A stretch of DNA of 64,000 nucleotides from Rhodothermales bacterium (GTDB taxonomy: Bacteria; Bacteroidota; Rhodothermia; Rhodothermales; JAHQVL01): NCBI GenBank assembly GCA_965263205.1, contig CBDHHF010000026.1, positions 155,486-219,485 of the forward strand. Direction: 5' to 3'. The notes beneath the pieces were generated by a model. It was not told where the DNA came from. It saw only the letters and a list, made by a program, of their open reading frames with translations, and ran no database searches. Positions within the stretch are counted from its first letter, which is position 1, and every line of letters begins with the position of its first letter. The position numbers were made by a program, and so were the translations under genes. Positions 51,359 through 62,147 of the stretch are shown piece by piece.

Positions 51359-51541
51359 GTCTTCTACCTTGTTGCGTGATACATTAGTTTCCGCACTAGG
51401 TAGGACTCTCAAGACATGAAGGCAAGCGGATATAAACCTTTAAAATTCAAAAGTTTACAGATACAAAAACTTCATTAAAAGGTTACAATTTGCTTTGTGT
51501 AAACACAGCAATTCCTAACGGTTTAGCACACGGTATCCAGA

Positions 51542-52027
51542 TCATTCCTCGTCTCGATCTCCCATTTCAAAAGGCAATAGATCGTTTCGTGAATACTCGA
51601 AAATCAGGGCAGTCTCAACGTGGGCAATGTCGTCGCGACTCGAAATATCTTTCATGACCAACATGCGCAGGTGGTCGCTATCTTTCACGACGATATGCAG
51701 CATAAAATCGTTTGCGCCGGCTACGTGATATACTTCACGGACTTCCGGCAGTGAAAGCATATGCCGGGTAAATGATGCAACCACCGAGGCGCCATGTTTG
51801 CTCAATTTCACGGCAACCATCGCCTGCAGGGTGCTGCCCAGTTTCTTCAAATCTACGGCTGCGTGATACCCCAAAAAGATGCCGGCTTCCTCGAGCCGGC
51901 GTACCCGCTCGAAGCAGGTGGATGGCGCAAGCCCAACCTGCGCCGCCAACTCCTTGTTTGACATCCGAGCATTCTTCTGTAACAACTCGATTATTTGCTC
52001 ATCTGTTCGGTCCAATGGTCGTTTCAC
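51542..52027 (-). CDS. Lrp/AsnC family regulator
   Basis: LDRTD..I...LQKNARMSNKELA..VGLAPSTC..RVRRLE; divergent from hppD. Confidence 0.93.
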   Translation of the reverse strand: MKRPLDRTDEQIIELLQKNARMSNKELAAQVGLAPSTCFERVRRLEEAGIFLGYHAAVDLKKLGSTLQAMVAVKLSKHGASVVASFTRHMLSLPEVREVYHVAGANDFMLHIVVKDSDHLRMLVMKDISSRDDIAHVETALIFEYSRNDLLPFEMGDRDEE

Positions 52028-52242
52028 AGGTACCCCCCGAATTGTTTTCGGCTACGTTGACAAACCTAAAATTCTATCGTATAAATATATCGCCTTTCTA
52101 TATTCTTTAATATAGACGCATAGCAGAATTTTATTCGAAAACACGCCTGGAATCACAGACTTGATTCGAAAGAATATCCTCCGATACTGATTTTAGGAAC
52201 GCGTGTAGCTTAAGACAACAGAACCAAACCCTTTTGTACATC

Positions 52243-53379
52243 ATGATGGATACACAAGTCGCAGCTGCTGAAAAAGCATCGCAGCCGTCAGGCTTTTTGC
52301 CGTTAAATGGTACTGACTACATCGAATTCTATGTTGGCAATGCCAAGCAGTCAGCGCATTACTATCAGCATGCATTTGGGTTTGAACTGATAGCCTATCG
52401 CGGTCCTGAGACTGGCCACAGAGAAGCGGCCAGCTACTTGCTGCAACAAGGGAAGATTCGGTTTGTGCTTACCACAGCACTGGCCCCTTCTTCCTTTATT
52501 GCAGAACACGTCAACCATCATGGCGATGGCGTGCGCGATATCGCGTTCTGGGTAGATGATGCAGCAGCATCGTACAACGAGGCCATCAGCCGTGGCGCGA
52601 TGAGTGTCAGGGAGCCAGAAATCCTCAAAGATGAGCACGGCCAGGTTGTAACTGCTGCCATCGCTACCTACGGCGACACCATTCATTCCTTTGTAGAGCG
52701 CAAAGATTACACGGGTATTTTTATGCCTGGCTTTGTGCCCAAACAGAATCCCATCTGGCGTCCTTCTCCAACGGGCCTCAAATACGTTGATCACTGTGTG
52801 GGCAACGTTGCCCTCGGCGAAATGGATCAATTTGTCGATTTTTACGCCAACGTATTGGGCTTCACCAACATCCTTTCCTTCGACGACAACGATATCTCTA
52901 CGGAATACACGGCGTTGATGTCAAAAGTAATGGCAAATGGGAACGAGCGGATTAAATTCCCAATCAACGAGCCGGCTGCCGGCTTGAAGAAAAGCCAGGT
53001 CGACGAATACCTCGAATTTTACCGTGGCCCTGGCGTGCAGCATATCGCGATGGCTACCGACGATATCCTTACAACCGTTTCTACGCTGAAAAGCCGGGGC
53101 ATTGAGTTTATCCACGTGCCTACAACTTATTACCAGGAGTTAGAAGCACGTGTAGGCAAAATTGATGAGCCGATAGACAAACTCGCTGAACTCGGTATTC
53201 TGGTAGATCGCGACGATGAAGGCTACCTCCTGCAGCTCTTCACCAAACCGGTAGAAGATCGTCCAACCGTGTTCTACGAAATTATCCAGCGCAAAGGCGC
53301 GCGTTCATTTGGTAAAGGCAACTTCAAAGCATTGTTTGAAGCCATCGAGCGCGAGCAAGCGTTGCGTGGCAACTTGTAA
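52243..53379 (+). CDS. hppD: 4-hydroxyphenylpyruvate dioxygenase
   Basis: HGDGVRDIA, DHCVGN, GVQHIA, FGKGNFKALFE. Confidence 0.97.
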   Translation: MMDTQVAAAEKASQPSGFLPLNGTDYIEFYVGNAKQSAHYYQHAFGFELIAYRGPETGHREAASYLLQQGKIRFVLTTALAPSSFIAEHVNHHGDGVRDIAFWVDDAAASYNEAISRGAMSVREPEILKDEHGQVVTAAIATYGDTIHSFVERKDYTGIFMPGFVPKQNPIWRPSPTGLKYVDHCVGNVALGEMDQFVDFYANVLGFTNILSFDDNDISTEYTALMSKVMANGNERIKFPINEPAAGLKKSQVDEYLEFYRGPGVQHIAMATDDILTTVSTLKSRGIEFIHVPTTYYQELEARVGKIDEPIDKLAELGILVDRDDEGYLLQLFTKPVEDRPTVFYEIIQRKGARSFGKGNFKALFEAIEREQALRGNL

Positions 53380-53456
53380 AGGCAAATCAATTGGATTGAT
53401 TTGCTGTTGAAGGTTGCAAGTTGAAGGTTTAAAGTATTGGACGCTGGTTTTGATTT

Positions 53457-54407
53457 CTAGCAGACTAGCTTTTTGAACTGGGCAATGTCTACGTTGCCGC
53501 CACAGAGTACAACAGCTGCTGGCCCCTGGGTCGGTGGCTGTTTTTGGTAGGATGCTATACCAACGCCGGCTGCACCTTCTACCACGAGTCCCTGCTCCTC
53601 AAACGCCCACCGCATGCCAGATTGAATTTCCGCTTCGGAAACGCGTACCCATCGATCCACCAGGTCGCGGCATAACGGAAATGTAATAGCGCCGGCTTCC
53701 ACGCCGCCTGCTGTCCCATCAGAAAGCGTTGGCTTCACGGTGCCGGCTACAATTCCGCCGGCCTCGATACATTCATGCATCACGGGAGAATTGACTGGTA
53801 AACAGCCCACAACCTCAATCGCTGGCTGCGTGGCTTTCAAATAGGCAGCAATACCACCTATCAATCCTCCACCACCAACGGGTACATATACACTTGCAAG
53901 AGCGGGTAACTGGTCCAGCAGTTCGATGCCGATGGTCCCCTGCCCCGCTACCACATCCCAATCATTGTATGGCGACACAAATGGTTGCCCTGATGTTACA
54001 GCCAGGTCCCTTGCATACGTCTCTGAAGCAGCAGAATCCTGGCCATGAAACACCAGCTCCACATTGTAACGCTCAAGTAACGCCACCTTCTTGGGTGCAG
54101 CCGTTTCTGGTAATACGATTTTGCCCGGCGCGTTTAAAAGATCGAGGCCAAAAGCTACAGCGAGGCCATGGTTGCCTGTTGACGCCGTAATCACGCCCTT
54201 CGACCGTGCTTCTGGAGACAACGACAATAACTTATTGATCGCGCCGCGCAATTTGAATGAACGCGTTTTTTGCAAACATTCCAGCTTCAGGTACAAGGGC
54301 TCGTCAACACCACGCGCAGGCTCCAAGTGGGTCTTGCGGATGTGAGGGCGTATACGCTGCTCCGCTGCGGCAATTCTTTCCTTCAAATGGGCTAATTCTT
54401 CCGACAC
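53457..54407 (-). CDS. Threonine/serine dehydratase (PLP-dependent)
   Basis: SFKLRGA, ASTGNHG, VGGGGLI, CGGN. Confidence 0.9.
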   Translation of the reverse strand: MSEELAHLKERIAAAEQRIRPHIRKTHLEPARGVDEPLYLKLECLQKTRSFKLRGAINKLLSLSPEARSKGVITASTGNHGLAVAFGLDLLNAPGKIVLPETAAPKKVALLERYNVELVFHGQDSAASETYARDLAVTSGQPFVSPYNDWDVVAGQGTIGIELLDQLPALASVYVPVGGGGLIGGIAAYLKATQPAIEVVGCLPVNSPVMHECIEAGGIVAGTVKPTLSDGTAGGVEAGAITFPLCRDLVDRWVRVSEAEIQSGMRWAFEEQGLVVEGAAGVGIASYQKQPPTQGPAAVVLCGGNVDIAQFKKLVC

Positions 54408-54501
54408 GGTCTACATACCAGGGGATCAATGAATAGATTATCCGGAAGATAGGATTTTCCGGGAAAGAATAAGTGACTCCAACCTGTTTACCTTCTCCTA
54501 T

Positions 54502-55335
54502 TCAGCGAAGCATTGCGCCGGCCTGTTCGACGGCGTCAGCAATGAAGGCATTCACATGCGTTTGTTGTGTAGCAGCAGGTCCAAAATTATCGAGTGTGAG
54601 TACAGCGCCAACCCAGTCTTCGGCATGCCAGTGTCCCGCTTTCAGGGCTGGCATTGCGTGATCCAAAGGATAAGGCCAGGGTGTGACGTACACGTACGGC
54701 ATTGCGTAGTGCGCATCACCGGGCATAAATCCGACACCGATGCTGCGGCCCTCTTCAGGATCTTTATCAGGATCCCATACCCACAAGCTTGCGATGTCAA
54801 AATGATGGGGCCAGCAACGCACCGCGCCAGCCTTATGCGTTGCCGCAAATGCCTCCAGGGTTGGCGTGGCATTTGTGTACCATGAAGCCAATAACGCCAA
54901 AGCCTCCCGATCCGAAGCATCGAACACCGCCCCCTCGCCAACTGGATGTGTCGGCAACGTGTGATCTGGCCTTACCAACGCCAATTCGTTCGAAACAGCG
55001 GTCACTTTTGCCACCCAATCATATCCTTCCTCAAGTGTATGCCCTGTGAGCGCAAAAACGTGTCGAATCACGTTGGCCTCATTAAGCAATACCAACGAAA
55101 GATCTGCCAATCTGAGTCCGACGCGAAATCCCCCATGCTCCCTTGCAGCCTGACTCACGAGCATGTACCCCGATGGATCTGCATAACCAGATAAGCTTAC
55201 ATGGCGCCAATCGGGTTCGGGCGTGATGAAGCTATACCCTATGGAAGCAGCGATCTGCGCTGCCCAATGCAACTGCAATCGCGCGTTAGTTATTCGTTCA
55301 GGGGCGCTGGGGTGTAGCGGAATCCAGGAGGCCAT
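54502..55335 (-). CDS. Hypothetical protein (DUF5996-like)
   Basis: LQLHWAAQ, WPHHFDIA, PGD..Y..PYVYVTPWP. Confidence 0.7.
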   Translation of the reverse strand: MASWIPLHPSAPERITNARLQLHWAAQIAASIGYSFITPEPDWRHVSLSGYADPSGYMLVSQAAREHGGFRVGLRLADLSLVLLNEANVIRHVFALTGHTLEEGYDWVAKVTAVSNELALVRPDHTLPTHPVGEGAVFDASDREALALLASWYTNATPTLEAFAATHKAGAVRCWPHHFDIASLWVWDPDKDPEEGRSIGVGFMPGDAHYAMPYVYVTPWPYPLDHAMPALKAGHWHAEDWVGAVLTLDNFGPAATQQTHVNAFIADAVEQAGAMLR

Positions 55336-55497
55336 CGGCTTGTACTTTTTTGCGGCGTTACTTGCTGATGGGTATGCAGCCGGCAACATGTGTTACGTGG
55401 CCTCGGATCCCTCGGCAAATTTTCAGGTTAGACCGTATCAAATTAACCCTCGGTTCAACCCTGCCCTGGCAAGGTTGGCTTCAGTACCTGCAAATAT

Positions 55498-55731
55498 ATG
55501 AGAAGACCCACGGAACTGCTCGTCCCCTTTCTCCTGACCCTGGGCCCTGTTTGGCTGCTCCTCTTTGCCAAGTCGGATCTTGTCGGGTTCAAGCTCGCCG
55601 GCTTCATCGGCGCCATTGCCTTCAGTGCCGGCTTGATTCTTATGCTGTCGATGGTGTATACCCTCAAACGCAAAATCGAGACGCTGGAATCAGAAATCGA
55701 ATCGCTTACGCATCAGTCTGAGATCGAATAA
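55498..55731 (+). CDS. Small membrane protein
   Basis: Two hydrophobic helices plus a short coiled coil; upstream of ghrA. Confidence 0.55.
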   Translation: MRRPTELLVPFLLTLGPVWLLLFAKSDLVGFKLAGFIGAIAFSAGLILMLSMVYTLKRKIETLESEIESLTHQSEIE

Positions 55732-55754
55732 GCATCACTTCTGCCCCTCCAGAT

Positions 55755-56687
55755 ATGTCGCTGCTTTTCCTCTGCCCAACCAAAGACCCGGCGCCCTGGC
55801 TTGCCGGCATTCACGCGGTTGATCCCGCCATTGATGTCCAGGTCTGGCCTGATGTCCCGCGTCCCGAAGCTGTACGGTTCGCGCTCCTCTGGCAGCACCC
55901 GCACGATGTACTTGCAACCTTGCCAAACCTCAAGGCCCTTGCTTCCCTTGGCGCCGGCATCGACCACATTCTCAACGACCCTACCCTCCCGCAACACCTT
56001 CCTGTTGCCCGCATTGTGGATCCAAACCTTGTGGCTTCCATGACGCAGTACGTAGCAACCGCTGCTTTGCGCTTTTTTCGGGAATTTGAGACATATGGCA
56101 AACAGCAACGTGCGACCATCTGGCATCCGCAGCCACCGCGAGACATTGACGACTATCCTGTAGGGATCATGGGCATGGGTGTCCTGGGAAGCGATGCAGC
56201 GGCAAAACTAGCAACGCTGGGGTTCACCGTTTATGGCTGGAGCCGGCGCCGCAGCGAACACACTGCGTTGACCGGAGCATTTGCCGGGAAAGATGAACTG
56301 CCGGCCTTCCTCGCAACGTCGCGCATTCTCGTTTGCCTGTTGCCTTTGACGGATGCAACACGAGGCATCCTAAACGATACGTTGTTCACCCAATTACAAC
56401 CCGATGCCTATATCATCAACGTAGCTCGAGGCGCGCATTTAGTGGATGAGGACTTGCTTACCGCGCTCAACGCCGGCACCTTGCAAGGCGTTTGCCTGGA
56501 CGTATTCAATGAAGAGCCGCTTCCTGCACAACACCCCTTCTGGCAACACCCAAACATCACAATAACGCCGCACATCGCGAGCATCACCAATCCGAAAACT
56601 GCTGCGGTGCAGGTTGTAGAGAATTACCACCGGGCCCGTAAAGGCGAAGCCCTGCTCCATGCTGTTGATCTTAAGCGGCAGTATTAG
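55755..56687 (+). CDS. ghrA: Glyoxylate/hydroxypyruvate reductase A
   Basis: GAGIDH, GMGVLG, INVARG, LDVF..EPL, TPHIA. Confidence 0.88.
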   Translation: MSLLFLCPTKDPAPWLAGIHAVDPAIDVQVWPDVPRPEAVRFALLWQHPHDVLATLPNLKALASLGAGIDHILNDPTLPQHLPVARIVDPNLVASMTQYVATAALRFFREFETYGKQQRATIWHPQPPRDIDDYPVGIMGMGVLGSDAAAKLATLGFTVYGWSRRRSEHTALTGAFAGKDELPAFLATSRILVCLLPLTDATRGILNDTLFTQLQPDAYIINVARGAHLVDEDLLTALNAGTLQGVCLDVFNEEPLPAQHPFWQHPNITITPHIASITNPKTAAVQVVENYHRARKGEALLHAVDLKRQY

Positions 56688-56852
56688 CCGGGATTTCCAA
56701 GGTACGTCTCGCAGCAGGCTTTAAGCGAAGGCTGGCATAAGTCTTCCAGAGATCCTTCGCAAGGCTCAGGATGACACGGGTGAGGAATCGCGCCATTCTC
56801 CCCCCCCAAACAATCAGCATTCAACAATCAGCATTCAACAATCAGCAATCTC

Positions 56853-58082
56853 TCAGGCCTTCACGCCGCCCTTTGTCCCTGAGCCATGCATAGCAAGCAA
56901 GTTTACGTCGTAGGAACGGACGCGCTTGCTTTTTTTCTGGTTCTGCGACCGGGCAATTTCGATGAGTCGATGGGTTAACTCGTCGAACGGTATACCAGAT
57001 GGTTGCCAGAGGTAGAATGAAAACGAGCCGGGAATGGTATTGATTTCATTAAAATATACTTGACCGGTAGCGTCATCAATCATAAAATCAATTCTCGCAA
57101 GCCCGGCACACTCAAACAGCTGAAAAATACGGACGGCCAGATCACGAATTTCTTTTGTTTGCTCTTCAGAGATCGGCGCTGGAATCATACGATCCAACGA
57201 AGCCATACCACTCGAGCCGCCTTGCGTTGTACCTTTTGCGCCGGCAACTTTTGCCCCATCCCCGCGACTCCCCCGCATATATTTCTCCTGGTATGTCAGC
57301 AGTTCCTCGCCGGTAAGCGGCTGCTCGAGCACGCTTGCGACGGCCTCTTCAGGATCACCCAGAACGGAGCAATTGATCTCGCGCAGGTTCTGAACTGCCC
57401 GTTCTATGATAACCTTTTCGTCGAAGCGCAGCGCCTCTTCGATCGCAGCATCCAACTGTTCGCGATTTGAGGCTTTCGAGATTCCAATCGAGGAGCCAAG
57501 CCGCGCCGGCTTTACTACTACTGGATAGCCGAGCTTCGCCTCACATCTATCCAGCCAGGTTTCTTCGTTGTTCGCCCATGCGCCATCGCGTACGGTAAGA
57601 AAATCTACAACGGGTATATCCTGATCGCGGCATACCATTTTGGACAAGACTTTGTCCATACCCAGCGCAGAGCCAAGCACACTACTGCCGGTATATGCAA
57701 CATCATACATTTCACAAATACCCTGCATTGCTCCGTTCTCGCCCTCCCCGCCATGTAATGCAAGAAACAGCACATCCAGATTAATCCGCTGTAACTGTTG
57801 GCCAAACCAGCCTTTGGGCACATTCGCCACAAGTTCGACATTGCCGCTTTCACCAGCCTGCAGATGTACTTGCTGCGCAATTAGCAGCAGTGTATCGAGG
57901 TCTTTGTATACATCAATATTGAACAAATTGGGACCGGTATAGGAGTTACCGTCTTTCGCCAGGTATACAGGAATTGGCCGATAACGCGTGGTGTCTAGCG
58001 CAGCGGCTACTTGCATCGCTGTGATGATTGATACTTCATGTTCGGGCGATACGCCTCCGAAGACTATACCAATGTTCAGCAT
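56853..58082 (-). CDS. ddl: D-alanine--D-alanine ligase family protein
   Basis: FGGVSPEHEVS, HGGEGENG, GSSIG, NEINTIPG. Confidence 0.9.
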   Translation of the reverse strand: MLNIGIVFGGVSPEHEVSIITAMQVAAALDTTRYRPIPVYLAKDGNSYTGPNLFNIDVYKDLDTLLLIAQQVHLQAGESGNVELVANVPKGWFGQQLQRINLDVLFLALHGGEGENGAMQGICEMYDVAYTGSSVLGSALGMDKVLSKMVCRDQDIPVVDFLTVRDGAWANNEETWLDRCEAKLGYPVVVKPARLGSSIGISKASNREQLDAAIEEALRFDEKVIIERAVQNLREINCSVLGDPEEAVASVLEQPLTGEELLTYQEKYMRGSRGDGAKVAGAKGTTQGGSSGMASLDRMIPAPISEEQTKEIRDLAVRIFQLFECAGLARIDFMIDDATGQVYFNEINTIPGSFSFYLWQPSGIPFDELTHRLIEIARSQNQKKSKRVRSYDVNLLAMHGSGTKGGVKA

Positions 58083-58160
58083 GATTACTCTACGATTTGC
58101 TATGGTTATGCTTGACCCAAGTCTATTGGGCCGGATTCTGCGTAGCTATGTTGCCTGTTG

Positions 58161-59453
58161 CTACATCTGATCGAAGTGTCCCTTGTTATACACCGCCCAT
58201 GCTTTCCCCACCATTTCATCACCAACAAAGGGTGTGTTGCTGCTTTTGGAACGAATCTGATGCTCTTCAAACGTCCATGTTGTTGACGCATCAAAAATCG
58301 TCAGGTTTGCTTTTTCCCCCACGGCAATACGTGGCATCGGGATATTGAGAATGCGCCGTGGTTCAACAGTCCATTTCTTGACGGCTTCCTGCAAAGAAAT
58401 TACACCCGGCGCCACCAATTCTCTGCAGGTAAGTCCCCATGCCGTCTCAAGACCGAGGATGCCAAACGGCGCAGCAATGTACTCTACTTCTTTTTCAAAA
58501 GAAGCATGGGGCGCATGGTCCGTGCATAATGCATCAATCGTACCATCTTTCAATCCTTCTTTCACCGCAATGACGGAAGCTTCATCAGCTAACGGAGGAT
58601 GCATTTTTGTATTGGTGGAGAAATGCATACGCTCGACGGCTTCGTCGGTAAGTGTAAAATGATGGGTACAAACTTCCGCTGTGATCGGAATTCCTTTGGC
58701 TTTGGCTTCGCGGACCAGTTGCACGGCGCCGGCCGTGGAGATATGCGCCACATGCACATGCCCCCCGGTATATTGCGCAAGGAGAATGTCGCGTGCAATC
58801 ATCACTTCTTCCGAAAGCGAGGGAATCCCGGTCATGCCCAATCGCATCGATACGTCGCCTTCAAACATATGGCCGCCCGGGTTGAGCGTTCGTTCTTCCA
58901 TATGGTTGATAATGGGCAACCCGAGCATGGAGCTGTACTCCAACGCACGGCGCATCAGGCCGGCATCTTGCACCGGCGATCCATCATCGCTAAATGCCAC
59001 CGCCCCGCCTTCTGCCAGATCAGCCATTTCCGTTAACTCCTTGCCGGCGCGATCTTTCGACACGCAGGCAATCGGATACACATCAACCATTGTGTCTGCC
59101 GCGCGGTCGATAATAAACTCAACCACATCCCGCGTATGAATTGCTGGATTCGTATTCGGCATACAAGCCACCGCAGTGAACCCGCCAAAAGCAGCCGCAG
59201 AGCAACCAGTTTGAATGGTCTCTTTGTACTCGTAACCAGGTTCGCGCAAATGGACGTGCATATCCATCCATCCAGGAGAAAGCATCCGACCCGTACAATC
59301 AAACACCTCTACGCCTGCTTCGCCGGCTTCTATTTCCTCGTCGATTTGCTGGATTTCTCCGTCACGAATAAGCACATCAGCACGGCGTGTGGACCCGTTC
59401 TCAGGATCCATAATTGTGCCCCCTTTGAGCAGTAAATTTGGTGTTTTAGGCAT
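58161..59453 (-). CDS. pyrC: Dihydroorotase
   Basis: DMHVHLREPG, MPNT, TDHAPH. Confidence 0.95.
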   Translation of the reverse strand: MPKTPNLLLKGGTIMDPENGSTRRADVLIRDGEIQQIDEEIEAGEAGVEVFDCTGRMLSPGWMDMHVHLREPGYEYKETIQTGCSAAAFGGFTAVACMPNTNPAIHTRDVVEFIIDRAADTMVDVYPIACVSKDRAGKELTEMADLAEGGAVAFSDDGSPVQDAGLMRRALEYSSMLGLPIINHMEERTLNPGGHMFEGDVSMRLGMTGIPSLSEEVMIARDILLAQYTGGHVHVAHISTAGAVQLVREAKAKGIPITAEVCTHHFTLTDEAVERMHFSTNTKMHPPLADEASVIAVKEGLKDGTIDALCTDHAPHASFEKEVEYIAAPFGILGLETAWGLTCRELVAPGVISLQEAVKKWTVEPRRILNIPMPRIAVGEKANLTIFDASTTWTFEEHQIRSKSSNTPFVGDEMVGKAWAVYNKGHFDQM

Positions 59454-59491
59454 GAACTGTACGATTGGAGTTTACAATAAAAGAAATAGGA

Positions 59492-61804
59492 TTAATCGAT
59501 CTCGGGAAGTCCGACAACCGGATCGTTGAGCGCTTCCCGGATAAACCGGGTCATCATCGTGTGCAGGTGTAGCCGGGTTTTGCCGCCGTAGATGCCATGG
59601 TTACGGCCAGGATACATCATGAACTCAAACTGCTTGTTTTCTGCCTGCAATTCGTTGGCCATTTGCGCTGCATTTTGAAAGTGCACGTTGTCGTCAAAAT
59701 CGCCATGCACAATCAGCAGTCGCTGATGATCACCAAGATTTGCGGCATAGTTCAACGGTGCACCAACCTCATAGCCTTCAGGATTGTTTTGCGGCGTAGA
59801 CATATACCGCTCGGTATAAATGGTGTCGTAGAGCCCCCAGTCGGTGACGGGGGCAATAGAAGCGCCAAACTTGAAGGTCTGCGCGCCTTCGCCGGCCATC
59901 ATCGACATCAACGTCATGTACCCCCCGTAGCTCCATCCCCAAATCCCAATGCGATCAGCGTCGACGTAAGGCAAGCTACCGAGGTATTGCGCCGCTGCTA
60001 CCTGATCAGCAGCTTCCAGTTGGCCAAGCTTTTTGTAGGTGCCGCTTTCAAACGCTTTGCCCCGTGCACCTGTGCCCCGGTTGTCTACGCTTGCCACAAT
60101 CATGTTGAGTTCGTTCGCTAACATGGTATGCCACAAAAAGCGACTTCCGCCCCAGGAATCCGTCACGGTTTGTGACCCCGGACCACCATAAACGTACATT
60201 AGCACGGGATATGAAGCAGCAGGATCGAAGTCGCGCGGTTTGATGAGGTAGGCGTTTAGTTCGCTGCCATCTGCACCCGGTACGCTGGTGAATTCAGGGG
60301 CTTTCAGCGCATATGACTGCAAGGTATCAATTAGCCGCTCGTTGCTTTCCAGCGTTCGAACCACCTCGCCATTGATGCGATGCAACGTCACGACTGGCGG
60401 CGTTGCAGTATTGGAATAACTATCGATGTAATACCGCGCGTCGTTCGATAAATCGATGCGGTGTGTGCCGGCGCCCTTCGTAATACGCTGAGGGGCCTGC
60501 TTGCTTCGCCGGCCCTGGTAGTATGTGGCATACAGATGTCGTTCAAGTGGCCCGTCTATCGTGCCTGTAAAGTAGATCCGACCTTTGCCTTCATCAATGC
60601 CAGCTACCGAGGCCACTTCCCAATCGCCCGACGTTACCTGCCGCACAAGCTCGCCCGCATTTTTGTACAAGTAGATGTGGCGGTACCCATCGGTTTCGCT
60701 CATCCACGTGAAGTGCTTGTTGTCGGCGAGGTACGTAATTTTGCCGCTATTTACATCAATCCAGGTTGGCTCTTGCTCTTCGAGGACAACCGCTGCTGTA
60801 GCTGTCTGCGGATTGCCATACATCAAATCAAGCTGGTTCTGATCGCGATTTAGCCGAATCATCCACACATAGTGTTGCCCATCGATGGCCGGCGTCCAGC
60901 CCATTTGTGGGATGTACTCGTGCGTGTCACCACCGGCAAACCAGGTATCCGTTTCGAAATAACGAATATCACCAGTAGCGACGGTGATCAGACCGATTTT
61001 CACTTCGCTGTTCGCTTCGCCGGCTTTGGGGTAGCGGAAGCGTTCGTCTTCTGGATATTGCTTGAGCAGATCCGTCATAAAGAAGTCGCGGGTGGCCGAC
61101 TCATCAAACTTAAAAAACGCGATGTAATCACCGTCCGGACTCCATGCCCATCCATCGCGCAACCGAAACTCCTCCTCATACACCCAATCCGAGGTACCAT
61201 TGATAATTTTGCCATCTGCCCCATCGTCTGTCAGTTGCGTCTCAGTCATGGTGCGCAAATCGACCGAAAACAGGTTTCGGTCGCGCACAAACGCCACATG
61301 GTTGCCATCCGGGCTTAACTTGGCAAACATCTGAAAGCCTTTATCCCTGCTACTAATGGGAATGAGGCTGTAGTCGTTCAAGTCGTACACATAATAGTAG
61401 CCTTTGGTATTGGCCCGCCATACACGCTCAGAATCAGTATATAGCAGCATTTTTCCACCGTCGGCACTATAGGTATAGCCATCAATGGCAATGAGCCGGT
61501 CAACGTCCTCAGCCTGCAGCCGATCGCCATCGATGAGCACCGTGCGTTGCTCGTCTTCCAGATTGAAGCTCATCAGATGGGTAGCACCCGTATCAGCATC
61601 GCGTTCGATAAACCGGATAACAGGCCCTTCATCAGCCCAACGCCCGCCCCGAAAGCCACGCGAAGCAAATTTGCCCGAGCTATGGATGTCTTCGAGCGTA
61701 AGTTTGGGAACCGCTGCGTTTTGCGCAACTGCAGTCTGCGGTGCAGCCGGCAGAACCAATAGCGCCATCAGGAGGGGAAGAAAATACAGGCGTCTATAAA
61801 CCAT
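59492..61804 (-). CDS. S9B dipeptidyl-peptidase IV family
   Basis: DWVYEEE, GWSYGG, DDNVH, NHGI; signal peptide. Confidence 0.93.
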   Translation of the reverse strand: MVYRRLYFLPLLMALLVLPAAPQTAVAQNAAVPKLTLEDIHSSGKFASRGFRGGRWADEGPVIRFIERDADTGATHLMSFNLEDEQRTVLIDGDRLQAEDVDRLIAIDGYTYSADGGKMLLYTDSERVWRANTKGYYYVYDLNDYSLIPISSRDKGFQMFAKLSPDGNHVAFVRDRNLFSVDLRTMTETQLTDDGADGKIINGTSDWVYEEEFRLRDGWAWSPDGDYIAFFKFDESATRDFFMTDLLKQYPEDERFRYPKAGEANSEVKIGLITVATGDIRYFETDTWFAGGDTHEYIPQMGWTPAIDGQHYVWMIRLNRDQNQLDLMYGNPQTATAAVVLEEQEPTWIDVNSGKITYLADNKHFTWMSETDGYRHIYLYKNAGELVRQVTSGDWEVASVAGIDEGKGRIYFTGTIDGPLERHLYATYYQGRRSKQAPQRITKGAGTHRIDLSNDARYYIDSYSNTATPPVVTLHRINGEVVRTLESNERLIDTLQSYALKAPEFTSVPGADGSELNAYLIKPRDFDPAASYPVLMYVYGGPGSQTVTDSWGGSRFLWHTMLANELNMIVASVDNRGTGARGKAFESGTYKKLGQLEAADQVAAAQYLGSLPYVDADRIGIWGWSYGGYMTLMSMMAGEGAQTFKFGASIAPVTDWGLYDTIYTERYMSTPQNNPEGYEVGAPLNYAANLGDHQRLLIVHGDFDDNVHFQNAAQMANELQAENKQFEFMMYPGRNHGIYGGKTRLHLHTMMTRFIREALNDPVVGLPEID

Positions 61805-62147
61805 TTGAATTCTGGTATCTGTAAAGGGAATCAAGCCCCATGACGATACTGCATCAAGGGCTTAAATACAACTGCTATTGCGTCCATTTTGCCGGCATCT
61901 TTCATGCAGGAACACCTTGCGACACCACGCATAAGGGCGAATGCACAAGTCAAAGTTGGAGGTTACGCACCGAACCATTTTAATGGCTCGAGGCAACACA
62001 CCTTTAACCTGCAACTTGCAACCTTCAACGGCAAAAAACCATCCTACAGGATGTATTTTTTGCCCCTGGCTTCGCGCATTCTACTACTCATCATTTCAAC
62101 AGTTGCTCACCAGATTGGCGACAATCATTCATACTCCACAGCATAAC

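Noticed and set aside
61941-62147. N-terminal extension of alanine racemase
   Set aside because: It runs through heptamer repeats; the likely start is 62148
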